DNA of 64,000 nt from the NCBI GenBank assembly GCA_964370825.1, contig CAYJKY010000012.1, positions 1,594 to 65,593 on the forward strand. The letters run 5' to 3'. The position numbers and the translations under genes were made by a program. Under the pieces are notes generated by a model. The model made no database searches, had not been told where the DNA came from, and was given only the letters and a program-made list of their open reading frames with translations. Below are positions 36,567 to 46,887 of this stretch, in pieces. This DNA is from an uncultured Oscillospiraceae bacterium. Its GTDB lineage: Bacteria > Bacillota > Clostridia > Oscillospirales > Ruminococcaceae. Every line of letters starts with the position of its first letter. The stretch's first letter is position 1.

Positions 36567-39074
36567 CTATGCGAATTGACTTGCTAACCATGAACTTTGA
36601 GAGTTCATGTTGGCAATCACCTGCTCCATTGCATTAAATTGAGCCCAGTAGCGGTCATATTCATTCTGATAGCTAAGCTCTAACCGCTCTATATATTCGT
36701 CTATGCTGAGCTGTTCGCGACCTAACAAGAAGTTGTTTTCTATCATTCCTGTGTTGCCTGCAACGGATACTATCGAACCCGGATTCGCTGTACTTGTTCT
36801 TACGGCATCGTCAAGAATAGCCTCAATTTTAACCGCTAATCCCGACTCTTCATCGGTAAACAGGTCGGCAAGCTCGTCGGAGTGTAGATTTACCATCTCA
36901 CGGAGTTTTGTTTCATCTACCTGAAGTTTTCCACCATCCTGCCAATCCTCGGTGGTCTCAATACCAAATTCATAGAGTGCAAATTCGGCACCCTCAGGTT
37001 TTTGATAAAGCGCAGTTCTTAACTCCTGCATGATGCCGGTAAGAATATCATCATTTCGCAGAAGACCTTCACGGGCCTTCTCCTCCCAGAGCTCAATCTC
37101 ACTTTCGCTCATCTCTTTTTTCTGCTCTGCGGTAAGTGGTGCGTAGTCTTTGTATGAGGTGTCTGCGGTCACCAGATCGTTCATCTCTTCGATAACCTTG
37201 TTATAATCCTCAACAAATTTGAGAATTCCATCAATTATCGCATCGGTATCTTGATCTACATCAATATCGGTTGCTACCGGCTTTGTCGACACACCATCCC
37301 AGTTTGCTTCCTTTAATTCAACCTGAAGCCCCGATACGTTAAAATCGTTTGAACTTCTTTCAGTTTCTACACCGTTGATTGACAAAATTGCATTCTGACC
37401 ATCAACCTTATTTCCAAGGGTTGCGGCAGTGGCACTCATGCTTACCGATCCGCTTCCAAAAAGCTCTGCAAGCTTTTGTGTTGCTTGATCGTTATTACCG
37501 GTAATAATTACAGGGTAGGAGGTAATGCCGGTTATGGCAAGGCGGCCGGTGTCGGGGTCGTAGCTAACATTTGCTTCAGGAGGTGCTTGATGTTCATGTA
37601 TCTGAGCCTGCAACTCCTCGGCTACCTGAGATATTGATTTACCAGCAAGGTTAATTGCAATTGGTGGGAATTCGGCACCGAGATTAAAGCTAACCGTCAT
37701 GTCCGTTCCCGCCGGCGCAATAAGTTCATCGCTTCCAATCGGTGAAGACATGGTAGTCGCCACTCCGCTCCCTGAGCCGAAAATGTTTGCAAGAAGGTTT
37801 CCGGATGTATCACTCATCTCGATGTCAAGTCCCGCACCGCTGTCGGTACGCTCCATAGTGATTCTATCGGAAAGTGCGGAGTATCTCATTTCAACTCCGG
37901 CCTCACTGCTGTTCACCGCATCTATCACGTCCTCAAGGGTGCTTTCCGAGGTGAAGGAGAAATCAACACCGTTTATTGTAAAATTAAAGCTGTCATCTGC
38001 TCCTGCAGTAATACCGCCGGCAAAGTTAATGTCGGAAAGTGCTGTGCCGGTAGAGATTTTTGTGGAACCACCGTTTCTGACTCCAAGCATATCCGTGGCA
38101 ATTCCGCTCGAATGTATGGTAAGCTGACGACTCTTGTCTGGTGTTCCGTTTGCCTGTACAGTCTCAAATGAGATCTCGTTACCGCTTGCGGTTACCGTTA
38201 TTCCGTTACCAAATGCTGACTTAATCTGCTCGTTAAGGCTGTTGACAAGCTCGTCAACTGTGGAAATCGACGCATCAATGGTCAACGATTTGGTTATTCC
38301 ATCAAGATTTAGATTAAGGTCAAATTCTGTCGGTGCTGTGGAAAAGGTTACACCTAATGCATCCCCATCTGCACCGCCTTTTGTACCGGCACTGAGTCCT
38401 GTCATTGCAGCTGCAATACCGGTTGCGGCTGTGACCTCAACATTTTTTCCCTCGCCGGCAGAAAGTGATAGCGACCCGGACTCCTCGTCCTCCACAACAG
38501 TAATTCCTATGGAGGCAAGGTCGGAGGTGAAGTTTGCACGAACCTCCTCGGCTGTACTTCCGCGCAAAGTTATCTCGCGACTTGCACCGCCCTCAATGCC
38601 TATCGTCATGCTACTGTCGGATAGTACGCTCAGGTCTACAGTGCCACCTATTGTAGCGTCGGTAAGCTCGTTAGCACTTGTCACCGATGTTTTGGTAGCA
38701 AGCTGACGAACATAATCAATAGATAGTTGGTCACCGTTGTAATCACTACCCGCCTCAACCGAGAAGATATTAGACATAGAGCTGTCTACTGAAGGAGAAA
38801 ATTGGTTAAAAAAGCTGCTGGACAACAGATTGGTTTCAGGATTAATGAAGTCAAAATAGTTGCTCTGTAGATTTCTTAGGATGGTAGCGGTATTCCGATA
38901 CATCTCCTGTTGATACTGAAGTATGGTTTTGTTCTCGTTTTGCTTATCTATCTTAGCCTGTGTACCGGCAAGCATCTCCTCTACCATACTGGTAGTGTCC
39001 ATGCCCGAAACAAGTCCGGCCATGCCGTTACTTCCGGCACTTAGATAGGAGCTTGTTGATGTTATTCCGGACAT
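36567..39074 (-). CDS. fliD: Flagellar filament cap protein FliD (hook-associated protein 2), long form of 835 aa.
   Basis: N-terminus GMDTTSMVEEMLAGTQAKIDKQ...YQQEMYRNTATILRNL and C-terminus YDRYWAQFNAMEQVIANMNSQSSWLASQF are the conserved FliD terminal segments. Confidence 0.85.
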   Translation of the reverse strand: MSGITSTSSYLSAGSNGMAGLVSGMDTTSMVEEMLAGTQAKIDKQNENKTILQYQQEMYRNTATILRNLQSNYFDFINPETNLLSSSFFNQFSPSVDSSMSNIFSVEAGSDYNGDQLSIDYVRQLATKTSVTSANELTDATIGGTVDLSVLSDSSMTIGIEGGASREITLRGSTAEEVRANFTSDLASIGITVVEDEESGSLSLSAGEGKNVEVTAATGIAAAMTGLSAGTKGGADGDALGVTFSTAPTEFDLNLNLDGITKSLTIDASISTVDELVNSLNEQIKSAFGNGITVTASGNEISFETVQANGTPDKSRQLTIHSSGIATDMLGVRNGGSTKISTGTALSDINFAGGITAGADDSFNFTINGVDFSFTSESTLEDVIDAVNSSEAGVEMRYSALSDRITMERTDSGAGLDIEMSDTSGNLLANIFGSGSGVATTMSSPIGSDELIAPAGTDMTVSFNLGAEFPPIAINLAGKSISQVAEELQAQIHEHQAPPEANVSYDPDTGRLAITGITSYPVIITGNNDQATQKLAELFGSGSVSMSATAATLGNKVDGQNAILSINGVETERSSNDFNVSGLQVELKEANWDGVSTKPVATDIDVDQDTDAIIDGILKFVEDYNKVIEEMNDLVTADTSYKDYAPLTAEQKKEMSESEIELWEEKAREGLLRNDDILTGIMQELRTALYQKPEGAEFALYEFGIETTEDWQDGGKLQVDETKLREMVNLHSDELADLFTDEESGLAVKIEAILDDAVRTSTANPGSIVSVAGNTGMIENNFLLGREQLSIDEYIERLELSYQNEYDRYWAQFNAMEQVIANMNSQSSWLASQFA

Positions 39075-39123
39075 AAATCCCTCCTGTTAATAAAAATCAA
39101 TGATATACTTACTCTTAATTAAT

Positions 39124-39150
39124 ATATCGGCAGGTCATTTAAAAACTTTA
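39124..39150 (-). promoter_or_regulatory. Near-consensus sigma-28 (FliA/SigD) promoter: TAAAGTTT-N11-GCCGATAT, about 50 nt upstream of fliD.
   Basis: Minus-strand sequence cTAAAGTTTttaaatgacctGCCGATATat. The consensus is TAAAGTTT-N11-GCCGATAA. Confidence 0.75.
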
Positions 39151-39221
39151 GTCTGTTTTTTGTTTTTTTTGATAATTTTTTTAAATAGTGAATTCTGGAT
39201 TATTTTGGCAGTATGGCTTTA

Positions 39222-40814
39222 CTATCTGCCATAGTTTCTTTCGTTACGTATTAATGCTGCATCAGTAAAATTAACTACCCCGTCGCCGTTGACATCGGCA
39301 GAGTTATTTGACGCCTCGTCAGCGTTCATGTTGTAGTTTAACCGGTCTAAAACTATCATAATGTCGTTAATGTCGACAAGACTATCCCTGTCTACATCGG
39401 CAGAGATAAGCTCCGATTGTTGCATATTTACATCTACCGTCATATCTCTGTCGACAGAGGCAAAATTTCCTGATACACGGTTATATCCATACGCCGTCAC
39501 CGAATATGCGACACTGGTATTTTTTTCGATTCTAATTGTAACATTACCGTTGCTATCTGTGGTGTATACTTCTGTGCCGATGGTTACCTTAGCTCCACTA
39601 ATCGCAACTCCACCGTTCGAAACGGTTAATACCACCTCATTTTTATTTAGCTCCTTTTCCAATGAAAAAAAGTTAATATCATATGTTAGTGTTGTACCCT
39701 GTCCATCGGCTGTTTTAATTCCACTAATATTTACATTGAAGGAATCACCGTCCTCAATGGAGCCAAGCGTGGTAACATCGGGACGGAAAAGTATTCCCTT
39801 TTGCATTCCATAGTTGACATTATCCACAGAAAGATGCATTTCATCTTCTTGGTAATAACTGTAACCTTGTTGAGGAGTGTCTTTGTTAAAAATCCACGTT
39901 CTACCGTCATTTAGTCGGGTTAGCCTTATCTCAATATCGTCTCTTACCGGTGCTTGATATGCCGAACCCAGATTTATCGACCAAGGATAGACGGATGTGT
40001 TATAATATCCGTCGTCAAACGCAAAATACTCAAGTGGAAAATCACCGGAACTTGGCCATGCAACATAGCTGTCCGGCTGGCTTACACCTTCGCCGAACAC
40101 ATGCATGGAAATCCTGTGCCCTCCATAACTTGCTGCTCCGCTTGGATCGGTTGCATAGCCTATTCCAAAACCTTCTGCTATCGGGTTTAAAATCCATCGT
40201 CTGTGCCCTGCCGACGTAATATTGCCGGCGCCTGCATCTGCAACAAAACCTAATACTGCTTGCGAAAGATTGTTCCTACCGGCGCTGATGTTTCCCTCTG
40301 CGCACCCGAGATATCCGAGGTCGAAAAATGATTTATCCATGTCGGAAGGTTGAAACGGTGCGTGCGAAAACTGATTTGAGGATGCAAGTAATACCGCCGC
40401 ATGCTGAGAATAAGAGTTGCGTTCCTCGGTGAACTCCACATTTTCGTAAGAAACACCGGCGATATATCTGACCATTTTAACTGCATTTAAAGCATCGTCT
40501 ATATATTCCTGCCTGATACTTCCTGCACTGTAAGGGGCCGTAAATTGGGGTGTTATATCGTATTGCGCGATATATGATGGGTTAAATGCATTATGTGGAT
40601 ATTTCTTTGCCATCGCAACAATATCGTCAATCGATCTGTTGTGGTCAACCACAATGGTGGGGGGCACCCAACCGAAATTATACTCTGTAGATAGTGTTGG
40701 TTCTAAGTCATTCAATGCAGTAGCGTCTGTGTCTGCGAAAACAAATTGAAATGTCGGTATTAGCATAACAACAACGCAAACGAAAAGAGATATACCTATT
40801 TTTATTTTATACAT
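39222..40814 (-). CDS. Secreted CAP/SCP (PR-1-like, YkwD-type) domain protein with Ig/CBM-like middle modules and a C-terminal type-I dockerin.
   Basis: Signal peptide. CAP-like segment AGHRRWILNP. Dockerin Ca-binding repeats DVDRDSLVDINDIMIV and DVNGDGVVNFTDAALI at the C-terminus. Confidence 0.7.
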   Translation of the reverse strand: MYKIKIGISLFVCVVVMLIPTFQFVFADTDATALNDLEPTLSTEYNFGWVPPTIVVDHNRSIDDIVAMAKKYPHNAFNPSYIAQYDITPQFTAPYSAGSIRQEYIDDALNAVKMVRYIAGVSYENVEFTEERNSYSQHAAVLLASSNQFSHAPFQPSDMDKSFFDLGYLGCAEGNISAGRNNLSQAVLGFVADAGAGNITSAGHRRWILNPIAEGFGIGYATDPSGAASYGGHRISMHVFGEGVSQPDSYVAWPSSGDFPLEYFAFDDGYYNTSVYPWSINLGSAYQAPVRDDIEIRLTRLNDGRTWIFNKDTPQQGYSYYQEDEMHLSVDNVNYGMQKGILFRPDVTTLGSIEDGDSFNVNISGIKTADGQGTTLTYDINFFSLEKELNKNEVVLTVSNGGVAISGAKVTIGTEVYTTDSNGNVTIRIEKNTSVAYSVTAYGYNRVSGNFASVDRDMTVDVNMQQSELISADVDRDSLVDINDIMIVLDRLNYNMNADEASNNSADVNGDGVVNFTDAALIRNERNYGR

Positions 40815-40861
40815 ATTTACCTCGCCTATTTGTAATATTTGATTAATTTATACAAATGGGA

Positions 40862-41869
40862 TTACAGCAACTTTATTCCTGATTTGAAACATTCATCAAT
40901 GGTATCGCTATCCCAAATGGAAGCCTGCACCTCTCCGATGTGAGCCTTTCCGAGTAATAACATGGAGAGTCTGGACTGTCCTATGCCACCTCCCATGGTT
41001 TCGGGTAGATCGCCCGCTAAAAGGCGGGTGTGGAATGGCAGTGATGCTCGATGGGTGCAATCGGCAATCTCGAGCTGATTTAATAATGATTCGGGAGATA
41101 CGCGTATTCCCATCGATGAAATTTCCAATGCTATGTCAAGTGTTTCGTGCCAAAACATGAGATCGCCGTTTAGTGTCCAATCATCGTAGTCCGGAGCCCG
41201 TCCGTCATGTCTTGCGCCGTTCGATAGATTTGCACCTATTCCGGTGATAAAAACTGTTTTATGCTCCTTAACAATTGCTTTTTCACGTTCTTTTGGGCCT
41301 TTGTCAGGAAATCTTTGCAGTAACTCCTCTGAGGAAATAAAGTATACATCACGACACAAGGAGGTGGTTATGTTAGGGTATTTTTGTTTTAATGGAAGAA
41401 GCGTATCGCAGATTGCCTTCACAATTAAGGAAACTGTTTCATAGAGGTAGTCAAGGTTACGATGATGAGGTGCAATTATCTTTTCCCAGTCCCACTGGTC
41501 TACATATATAGAATGGATGTTATCCATCTCTTCGTCGCGCCGTATTGCATTCATATCGGTACAAAGACCATTTCCAACCCTGAAATCGTAGTCACAAAGT
41601 GCCTGCCTCTTCCATTTTGCAAGGCTGTGCACCACCTCACCGACGGTGTGAGTTTCGGCTATGTCGAAGGTGACTGCACGTTCTACACCGTTTAGGTCAT
41701 CGTTAAGCCCACTGTATGCTGCAACAAAAAGAGGTGCGGAAATTCTTTTCAAATTAAGTGCTGTGCAAAGGTTATCCTCAAAAACTCTCTTTATCATACC
41801 TATGGCCGTCTGGGTTTCATATTGGGTCAATGAAGAACTATAACCCATCGGAATTGTAGTGTTGCTCAT
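40862..41869 (-). CDS. asnA: Aspartate-ammonia ligase (asparagine synthetase A).
   Basis: Strong match to AsnA, including VVHSLAKWKRQ, SIYVDQWDWE and GGGIGQSRL. Confidence 0.9.
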   Translation of the reverse strand: MSNTTIPMGYSSSLTQYETQTAIGMIKRVFEDNLCTALNLKRISAPLFVAAYSGLNDDLNGVERAVTFDIAETHTVGEVVHSLAKWKRQALCDYDFRVGNGLCTDMNAIRRDEEMDNIHSIYVDQWDWEKIIAPHHRNLDYLYETVSLIVKAICDTLLPLKQKYPNITTSLCRDVYFISSEELLQRFPDKGPKEREKAIVKEHKTVFITGIGANLSNGARHDGRAPDYDDWTLNGDLMFWHETLDIALEISSMGIRVSPESLLNQLEIADCTHRASLPFHTRLLAGDLPETMGGGIGQSRLSMLLLGKAHIGEVQASIWDSDTIDECFKSGIKLL

Positions 41870-42018
41870 CTTAAATCTCCCATTTTACATCAAAAAATAG
41901 TATTAATATATATATTAACATAAAAAGCGACTCTAGTAAATAACAAAACGTATAGTTTGTCAAAACATATAATTTGTTAAAACATTTCACCTTGCCGAAA
42001 AATCTTACAAGCTATAAT

Positions 42019-42058
42019 TTAACATAGATTTTACATTTACAGGCTTTTACATTTTACA
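42019..42058 (+). promoter_or_regulatory. Pho-box array: five TT(A/T)ACA direct repeats at 42019, 42030, 42036, 42046 and 42053, upstream of pstS.
   Basis: TTAACAtagatTTTACAtTTACAggctTTTACAtTTTACA. The roughly 11-bp phasing matches PhoP/PhoB tandem-repeat sites. Confidence 0.55.
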
Positions 42059-42115
42059 CAGTCAAGATAATATATTGATAGTGAAATAATAAAAAACAAA
42101 ACAAAGAGGAGACTT

Positions 42116-42913
42116 ATGAAAAAGATTATTGCAATCATTGCAAGCTTAACTTTAGCAGTTACCATGCTCACATCATGTCAGGAATCCGGAGGCACAATCG
42201 CAACGGGCGGATCTACATCGGTTGAGGCGGTTATCCAGTCCATGATGGAGGTTTACATGGAGGAGAATGCGGGCACAACAATTACATATGCACCTACCGG
42301 TTCCAGTACGGGTGTACAGGGTGCGTCCGATGGAACTCTTGATATCGGACTTTCCAGCCGTGGTCTTAAGGACGAGGAAAAGGCAACCTTAACCGAAACG
42401 GTTTTTGCACTTGATGGTATAGCAATCATTGTTAACTCTGCCAATGCGGTTGCAGATTTAGACATGGCAACGCTCGCTTCTATCTACAAAGGCGAGATAA
42501 CTAACTGGAGTGAGGTCGGCGGAAGCGACAGCGAAATCGTCGTGATAGGGCGTGATTCCGCATCCGGCACGCGTGACGGTTTCGAGAGTATCGTTGATGT
42601 TGAGGATGTGTGTGCTTACGATGAGGAGCAGGCATCCGGCGGTGGCGTTAAGGCAAGCGTACAGTCCATCGAAGGTGCCATAGGATACGTGTCAATCTCA
42701 TCTGTATCGGAAGAGGTGAACGTTGTGAACATCGACGGTGTAGCACCTACCGAGGAAGCTGTGAAGGATGGTTCTTATAAAATTCAACGTCCATTCGTTT
42801 TTGCAACGGTTACAGGTGAGGAAAATGCAGCAGCACAGGCATTTATCGACTGGGCATTGAGTGAAGCAACCATTGACCTTGTACGTGATGCGGGCGCAGT
42901 ACCTATTCAATAG
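42116..42913 (+). CDS. pstS: Phosphate ABC transporter substrate-binding lipoprotein.
   Basis: Lipobox LTSC, and the PstS-like segments GSSTGVQG and SGTRDGFE. Confidence 0.9.
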   Translation: MKKIIAIIASLTLAVTMLTSCQESGGTIATGGSTSVEAVIQSMMEVYMEENAGTTITYAPTGSSTGVQGASDGTLDIGLSSRGLKDEEKATLTETVFALDGIAIIVNSANAVADLDMATLASIYKGEITNWSEVGGSDSEIVVIGRDSASGTRDGFESIVDVEDVCAYDEEQASGGGVKASVQSIEGAIGYVSISSVSEEVNVVNIDGVAPTEEAVKDGSYKIQRPFVFATVTGEENAAAQAFIDWALSEATIDLVRDAGAVPIQ

Positions 42914-43003
42914 AAAAAACACACGTTAACAGCAAGGCTGTCGCAGCTAATAATCATTTATGTATGCGACAGCCTTGTATTAAGTAAAAGGGAACAACTT
43001 TTA

Positions 43004-43876
43004 ATGAAAGTTAAAAAGATAACAGAAAAAATCATGAACGCTGTCTTCCTAATTTGTGGTATGACGGCGATTGCGTTTGTGGTTTTAATATCAGTCTATA
43101 TGATTGTATCGGGTCTTCCGGCAATAATTGAAATAGGTTTTTTTGAGTTCCTTTTCGGCATGGTATGGGAGCCGGCAAACAGCACCGATCCTCAGTTTGG
43201 AATCTGGCCGATCATGCTCTCCAGTATCTATGCAACCGGTGGTGCAACACTGCTCGGAATTCCTATTGGTGTTTTGACCGCTGTTTTTTTATCAAAATAT
43301 GCCGGCAAGGTTGCGGCATCGCTTGTAAGACCAACAGTAGAACTGCTATCAGGAATACCAAGCGTTGTATATGGCCTTGTGGGAGCCATGTTTTTGGTTC
43401 CGGGTATCGCCGATATTTTCAACCTACCTAAAGGGTCCGGTCTGCTTGCGGCCATAATTGTGTTAATGATTATGGTGCTTCCTTCAATTATATCGATAAG
43501 TGAAACGGCACTTAATGCGGTTCCTCCGGAATACGAGGAGGCAAGTCTTGCCCTCGGGGCAAGCCATACCGAGACTATTTTTAAGGTGAGCATCCCCGCC
43601 GCAAAAAACGGAATTGCCGCAGGGATAGTTCTTGGCGTCGGACGAGCAATCGGCGAGGCAATGGCTGTCATGATGGTTGCAGGAAATGTTGCAAACATGC
43701 CAAAGTTGTTCGAAAGTGTGGCACTTCTCACCACCTCGATAGCAAAGGATATGGGGTATGCGTCGGGGTTACATCGACAGGCATTATTCTCCATAGCACT
43801 AGTGCTTTTTGTATTTATTTTGATAATAAATGCGGTGATGAATGTACTGATAAAAAGCGGAGGCAGAGATAAATGA
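43004..43876 (+). CDS. pstC: Phosphate ABC transporter permease PstC.
   Basis: Six-TM permease with an EAS/EAA loop (EEASLALGASHTETIFKVSIP). Confidence 0.9.
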   Translation: MKVKKITEKIMNAVFLICGMTAIAFVVLISVYMIVSGLPAIIEIGFFEFLFGMVWEPANSTDPQFGIWPIMLSSIYATGGATLLGIPIGVLTAVFLSKYAGKVAASLVRPTVELLSGIPSVVYGLVGAMFLVPGIADIFNLPKGSGLLAAIIVLMIMVLPSIISISETALNAVPPEYEEASLALGASHTETIFKVSIPAAKNGIAAGIVLGVGRAIGEAMAVMMVAGNVANMPKLFESVALLTTSIAKDMGYASGLHRQALFSIALVLFVFILIINAVMNVLIKSGGRDK

Positions 43877-44718
43877 GAAGAAAAAGACTCTTTAAGGATA
43901 ACATTCTGATTGGTCTTGTGTACTTCGCGGCTATAATCACGGTATGTTTTCTTGTCGGGATTATCGGGTATATTTTAATTCAGGGTGTCCCGAACATAAC
44001 ATGGGAACTGCTCTCCACCGCACCGAGTCACCGTGAAAAAACCATCGGTATTTTGCCGAACATACTCAACACCATATATGTCATACTTCTGTCGCTCATC
44101 ATCGTGCTCCCGCTCGGAATCGGAGCAGCCATCTACCTTACAGAATATGTAACAAACAAAAAAGTACTTATCTTAATCGAGGCTACGGTTGAGGTGTTAG
44201 CTGCAATTCCGTCTATCATATACGGTCTTGTCGGTATGATGTTCTTCGGTCAGCTTCTCGGATTTCAGCTTAGCCTACTTACGGGATGTTTAACCCTTGT
44301 GATCATTATTCTCCCCATTATCATACGAACAACGCAGGAGAGTTTAAAAACGGTTCCACAATCCTATCGTGAGGGTGCGTTAGGGCTCGGCTCAACCAAA
44401 TGGTATATGATAAGAACAATAATTCTGCCCTGTTGTCTTGATGGAATTATCACCGGATGTATTCTCGCTATAGGTCGAATTGTGGGAGAAAGTGCCGCTC
44501 TGCTGTTTACTGCAGGTCTTGCGGCGGGCGCTATAACAAACATTTTCACGGCATATTCAAGTAGTGGTGGTACCTTATCGGTTGCACTTTATATGTATGT
44601 TGCCGAGCGTGGAGAGTTTGGTGTAGGCTTTGCAATTGCAACAATATTACTCGCTTTAGTATTGATAATCAATATTTCAACAAAAATAGTACAACGAAAG
44701 CTGAAGCGAAACAGATAA
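43873..44718 (+). CDS. pstA: Phosphate ABC transporter permease PstA.
   Basis: REGALGLGSTKWYMIRTIILP loop. It overlaps the pstC stop. Confidence 0.9.
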   Translation: MRRKRLFKDNILIGLVYFAAIITVCFLVGIIGYILIQGVPNITWELLSTAPSHREKTIGILPNILNTIYVILLSLIIVLPLGIGAAIYLTEYVTNKKVLILIEATVEVLAAIPSIIYGLVGMMFFGQLLGFQLSLLTGCLTLVIIILPIIIRTTQESLKTVPQSYREGALGLGSTKWYMIRTIILPCCLDGIITGCILAIGRIVGESAALLFTAGLAAGAITNIFTAYSSSGGTLSVALYMYVAERGEFGVGFAIATILLALVLIINISTKIVQRKLKRNR

Positions 44719-44739
44719 AAGAAAGGATTAATCATAAAT

Positions 44740-45504
44740 ATGGTCACAGGACACACAATAATGAAGGCAACCGATTTTGACCTTTATTATGCCGATTTTC
44801 ACGCATTAAAAAAGGTGAATATCGATGTTCCCGAAAAACAGATAACGGCATTAATCGGTCCGTCAGGTTGCGGAAAGTCCACCTTCATAAAGTCTTTAAA
44901 CAGGATGAATGATCTCATTCTCACGGTACGAACCGAGGGAGATATAACCTTTGAGGACAAAAGTATCTTTGAAAAGGATCTTGATGTTACCATGTTGCGT
45001 AAACAGATAGGCATGGTTTTTCAAAAACCTAATCCGTTTCCCATGAGCATTTATGATAATGTTGCTTATGGTCCGAGGCTACACGGACATCTTACCCATG
45101 CACAGACCGATAGGCTGGTTGAGGAAAGCTTAAAGGCAGCAGCTCTTTGGGACGAAGTTAAAGATCGGCTGAAAAAAAGTGCGTTAAGTCTGTCTGGAGG
45201 ACAGCAACAGCGACTTTGTATAGCGCGTGCCCTTGCGGTAAAGCCAAAGGTTCTTTTGATGGACGAGCCTACCAGTGCTCTCGATCCTATCTCAACCTCA
45301 AAGATAGAAGAGCTTGCAATTAGCCTTAAAGAGGATTATACTATAATTATTGTTACCCACAACATGCAACAGGCTGTTCGTATTTCGGACAATACAGCAT
45401 TCTTTCTTTTGGGTGAGATAGTGGAATATAACAACAGTGAACAGCTTTTCAGCGTACCCAAGGATAAACGAACAGAGGATTATATTACAGGGAGATTTGG
45501 TTAA
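44740..45504 (+). CDS. pstB: Phosphate ABC transporter ATP-binding protein PstB.
   Basis: Walker [10 protein letters not shown], signature [15 protein letters not shown], Walker [12 protein letters not shown]. Confidence 0.9.
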   Translation: MVTGHTIMKATDFDLYYADFHALKKVNIDVPEKQITALIGPSGCGKSTFIKSLNRMNDLILTVRTEGDITFEDKSIFEKDLDVTMLRKQIGMVFQKPNPFPMSIYDNVAYGPRLHGHLTHAQTDRLVEESLKAAALWDEVKDRLKKSALSLSGGQQQRLCIARALAVKPKVLLMDEPTSALDPISTSKIEELAISLKEDYTIIIVTHNMQQAVRISDNTAFFLLGEIVEYNNSEQLFSVPKDKRTEDYITGRFG

Positions 45505-46148
45505 TGAGAAAGAGATTTGATGATCAATTAGATTTTCTTAACAAGGAACTGATTGTAATGGGATCACTCTGCGAAACGGCGATTGCAAAATCATCAAAAG
45601 CGTTTACCGAGTGTGATATAGCACTTGCAAAGCAGGTCTCGGACAATGGGAGCCTTATAGATCAAAAGGAAAGAGAAATTGAGAGCATCTGTTTAAAGAT
45701 GCTGCTACAACAACAACCCGTTGCGCACGACCTACGATTAATCTCTGCCGCCCTAAAGATGATTACCGACATGGAGCGAATAGGTGATCAATCCGAGGAT
45801 ATAGCCGAAATTGTATTGACCACAAAGCCTTTGATAAATGAAAAAGTTCACCATATTCGTGACATGGCAGCAGCAACCATAAGCATGGTAAGTAAAAGTA
45901 TAGATGCCTTTGTTGCAAAGGATAAAGAGCTTGCCCTTGAGGTCATTAAGGAGGACGACATTGTCGACAATCTATTTATCGAGGTGAAAAAAGATTTGTT
46001 AATCTTAGAGGGAAGCAAGGAAGACTCGGAAGGTGTTTTGGATCTTTTGATGATTGCAAAGTATCTTGAAAGAATTGGCGACCATGCAACAAACATTGCG
46101 GGTTGGGTTGTTTTTTCCATAACCGGTGAGCATGAAATTAAGCAGTAA
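45504..46148 (+). CDS. phoU: Phosphate signalling regulator PhoU.
   Basis: Two PhoU repeats, each with a MERIGD or LERIGD motif. Confidence 0.9.
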   Translation: MRKRFDDQLDFLNKELIVMGSLCETAIAKSSKAFTECDIALAKQVSDNGSLIDQKEREIESICLKMLLQQQPVAHDLRLISAALKMITDMERIGDQSEDIAEIVLTTKPLINEKVHHIRDMAAATISMVSKSIDAFVAKDKELALEVIKEDDIVDNLFIEVKKDLLILEGSKEDSEGVLDLLMIAKYLERIGDHATNIAGWVVFSITGEHEIKQ

Positions 46149-46162
46149 TAAGAGGTAAAGAC

Positions 46163-46846
46163 ATGATATTCTGTGTAGAAGATGACGACGATATCCGCGA
46201 ACTTATGTTGTATACACTGCAAAGCACAGGTTTTGAGGTCAAGGGGTTTTCGAATGCCGAGGATATGTTTACCCGTATTTATTCAGATATGCCAAAGCTA
46301 ATTGTTTTAGACATTATGCTACCGGGGATGGACGGGATAGACATTCTAAAAAAAATACGTGAAGATAGCCGTACGAAGAGTATTCCGGTTATGCTTGCCA
46401 CGGCTAAAGGCACCGAATTTGATAAGGTTTACGGTCTTGACATAGGTGCCGATGACTATCTTGTCAAACCGTTTGGAATGATGGAAATGGTGGCAAGAGT
46501 AAAAGCATTGCTGAGGAGGTCATCTGTGCCCGACTGCGATACCGATAAGGGTGTACTGCATCTCGGCAATATAACCTTAGATCCAATTAAACGCACCGTG
46601 ATGTCGGACGGTGTTTCGGTGACATTGACCTATAAAGAATTTGAAATGCTTCGGATACTAATGCAGGAGCCGGAGAGAGTGTTTACACGGGACAACCTGC
46701 TAAACACGGTATGGGGTTATGAGTTTGATGGTGAGACCAGAACGGTTGATGTTCACATGAGAAGCCTTCGACATAAGCTTGGAGAAGGTGGGTCGCAAAT
46801 TCAAACAATACGTGGGGTCGGCTACACCATATGTATGGTAGAATGA
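46163..46846 (+). CDS. phoP: OmpR-family response regulator (PhoP/PhoB-like).
   Basis: REC domain with DDDD and the phospho-acceptor in LIVLDIMLPGMDG. Winged-helix C-terminus. It follows phoU. Confidence 0.8.
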   Translation: MIFCVEDDDDIRELMLYTLQSTGFEVKGFSNAEDMFTRIYSDMPKLIVLDIMLPGMDGIDILKKIREDSRTKSIPVMLATAKGTEFDKVYGLDIGADDYLVKPFGMMEMVARVKALLRRSSVPDCDTDKGVLHLGNITLDPIKRTVMSDGVSVTLTYKEFEMLRILMQEPERVFTRDNLLNTVWGYEFDGETRTVDVHMRSLRHKLGEGGSQIQTIRGVGYTICMVE

Positions 46847-46887
46847 CTAGAAAATGATTATAACAATAACGTGAGGACTGACATTTA

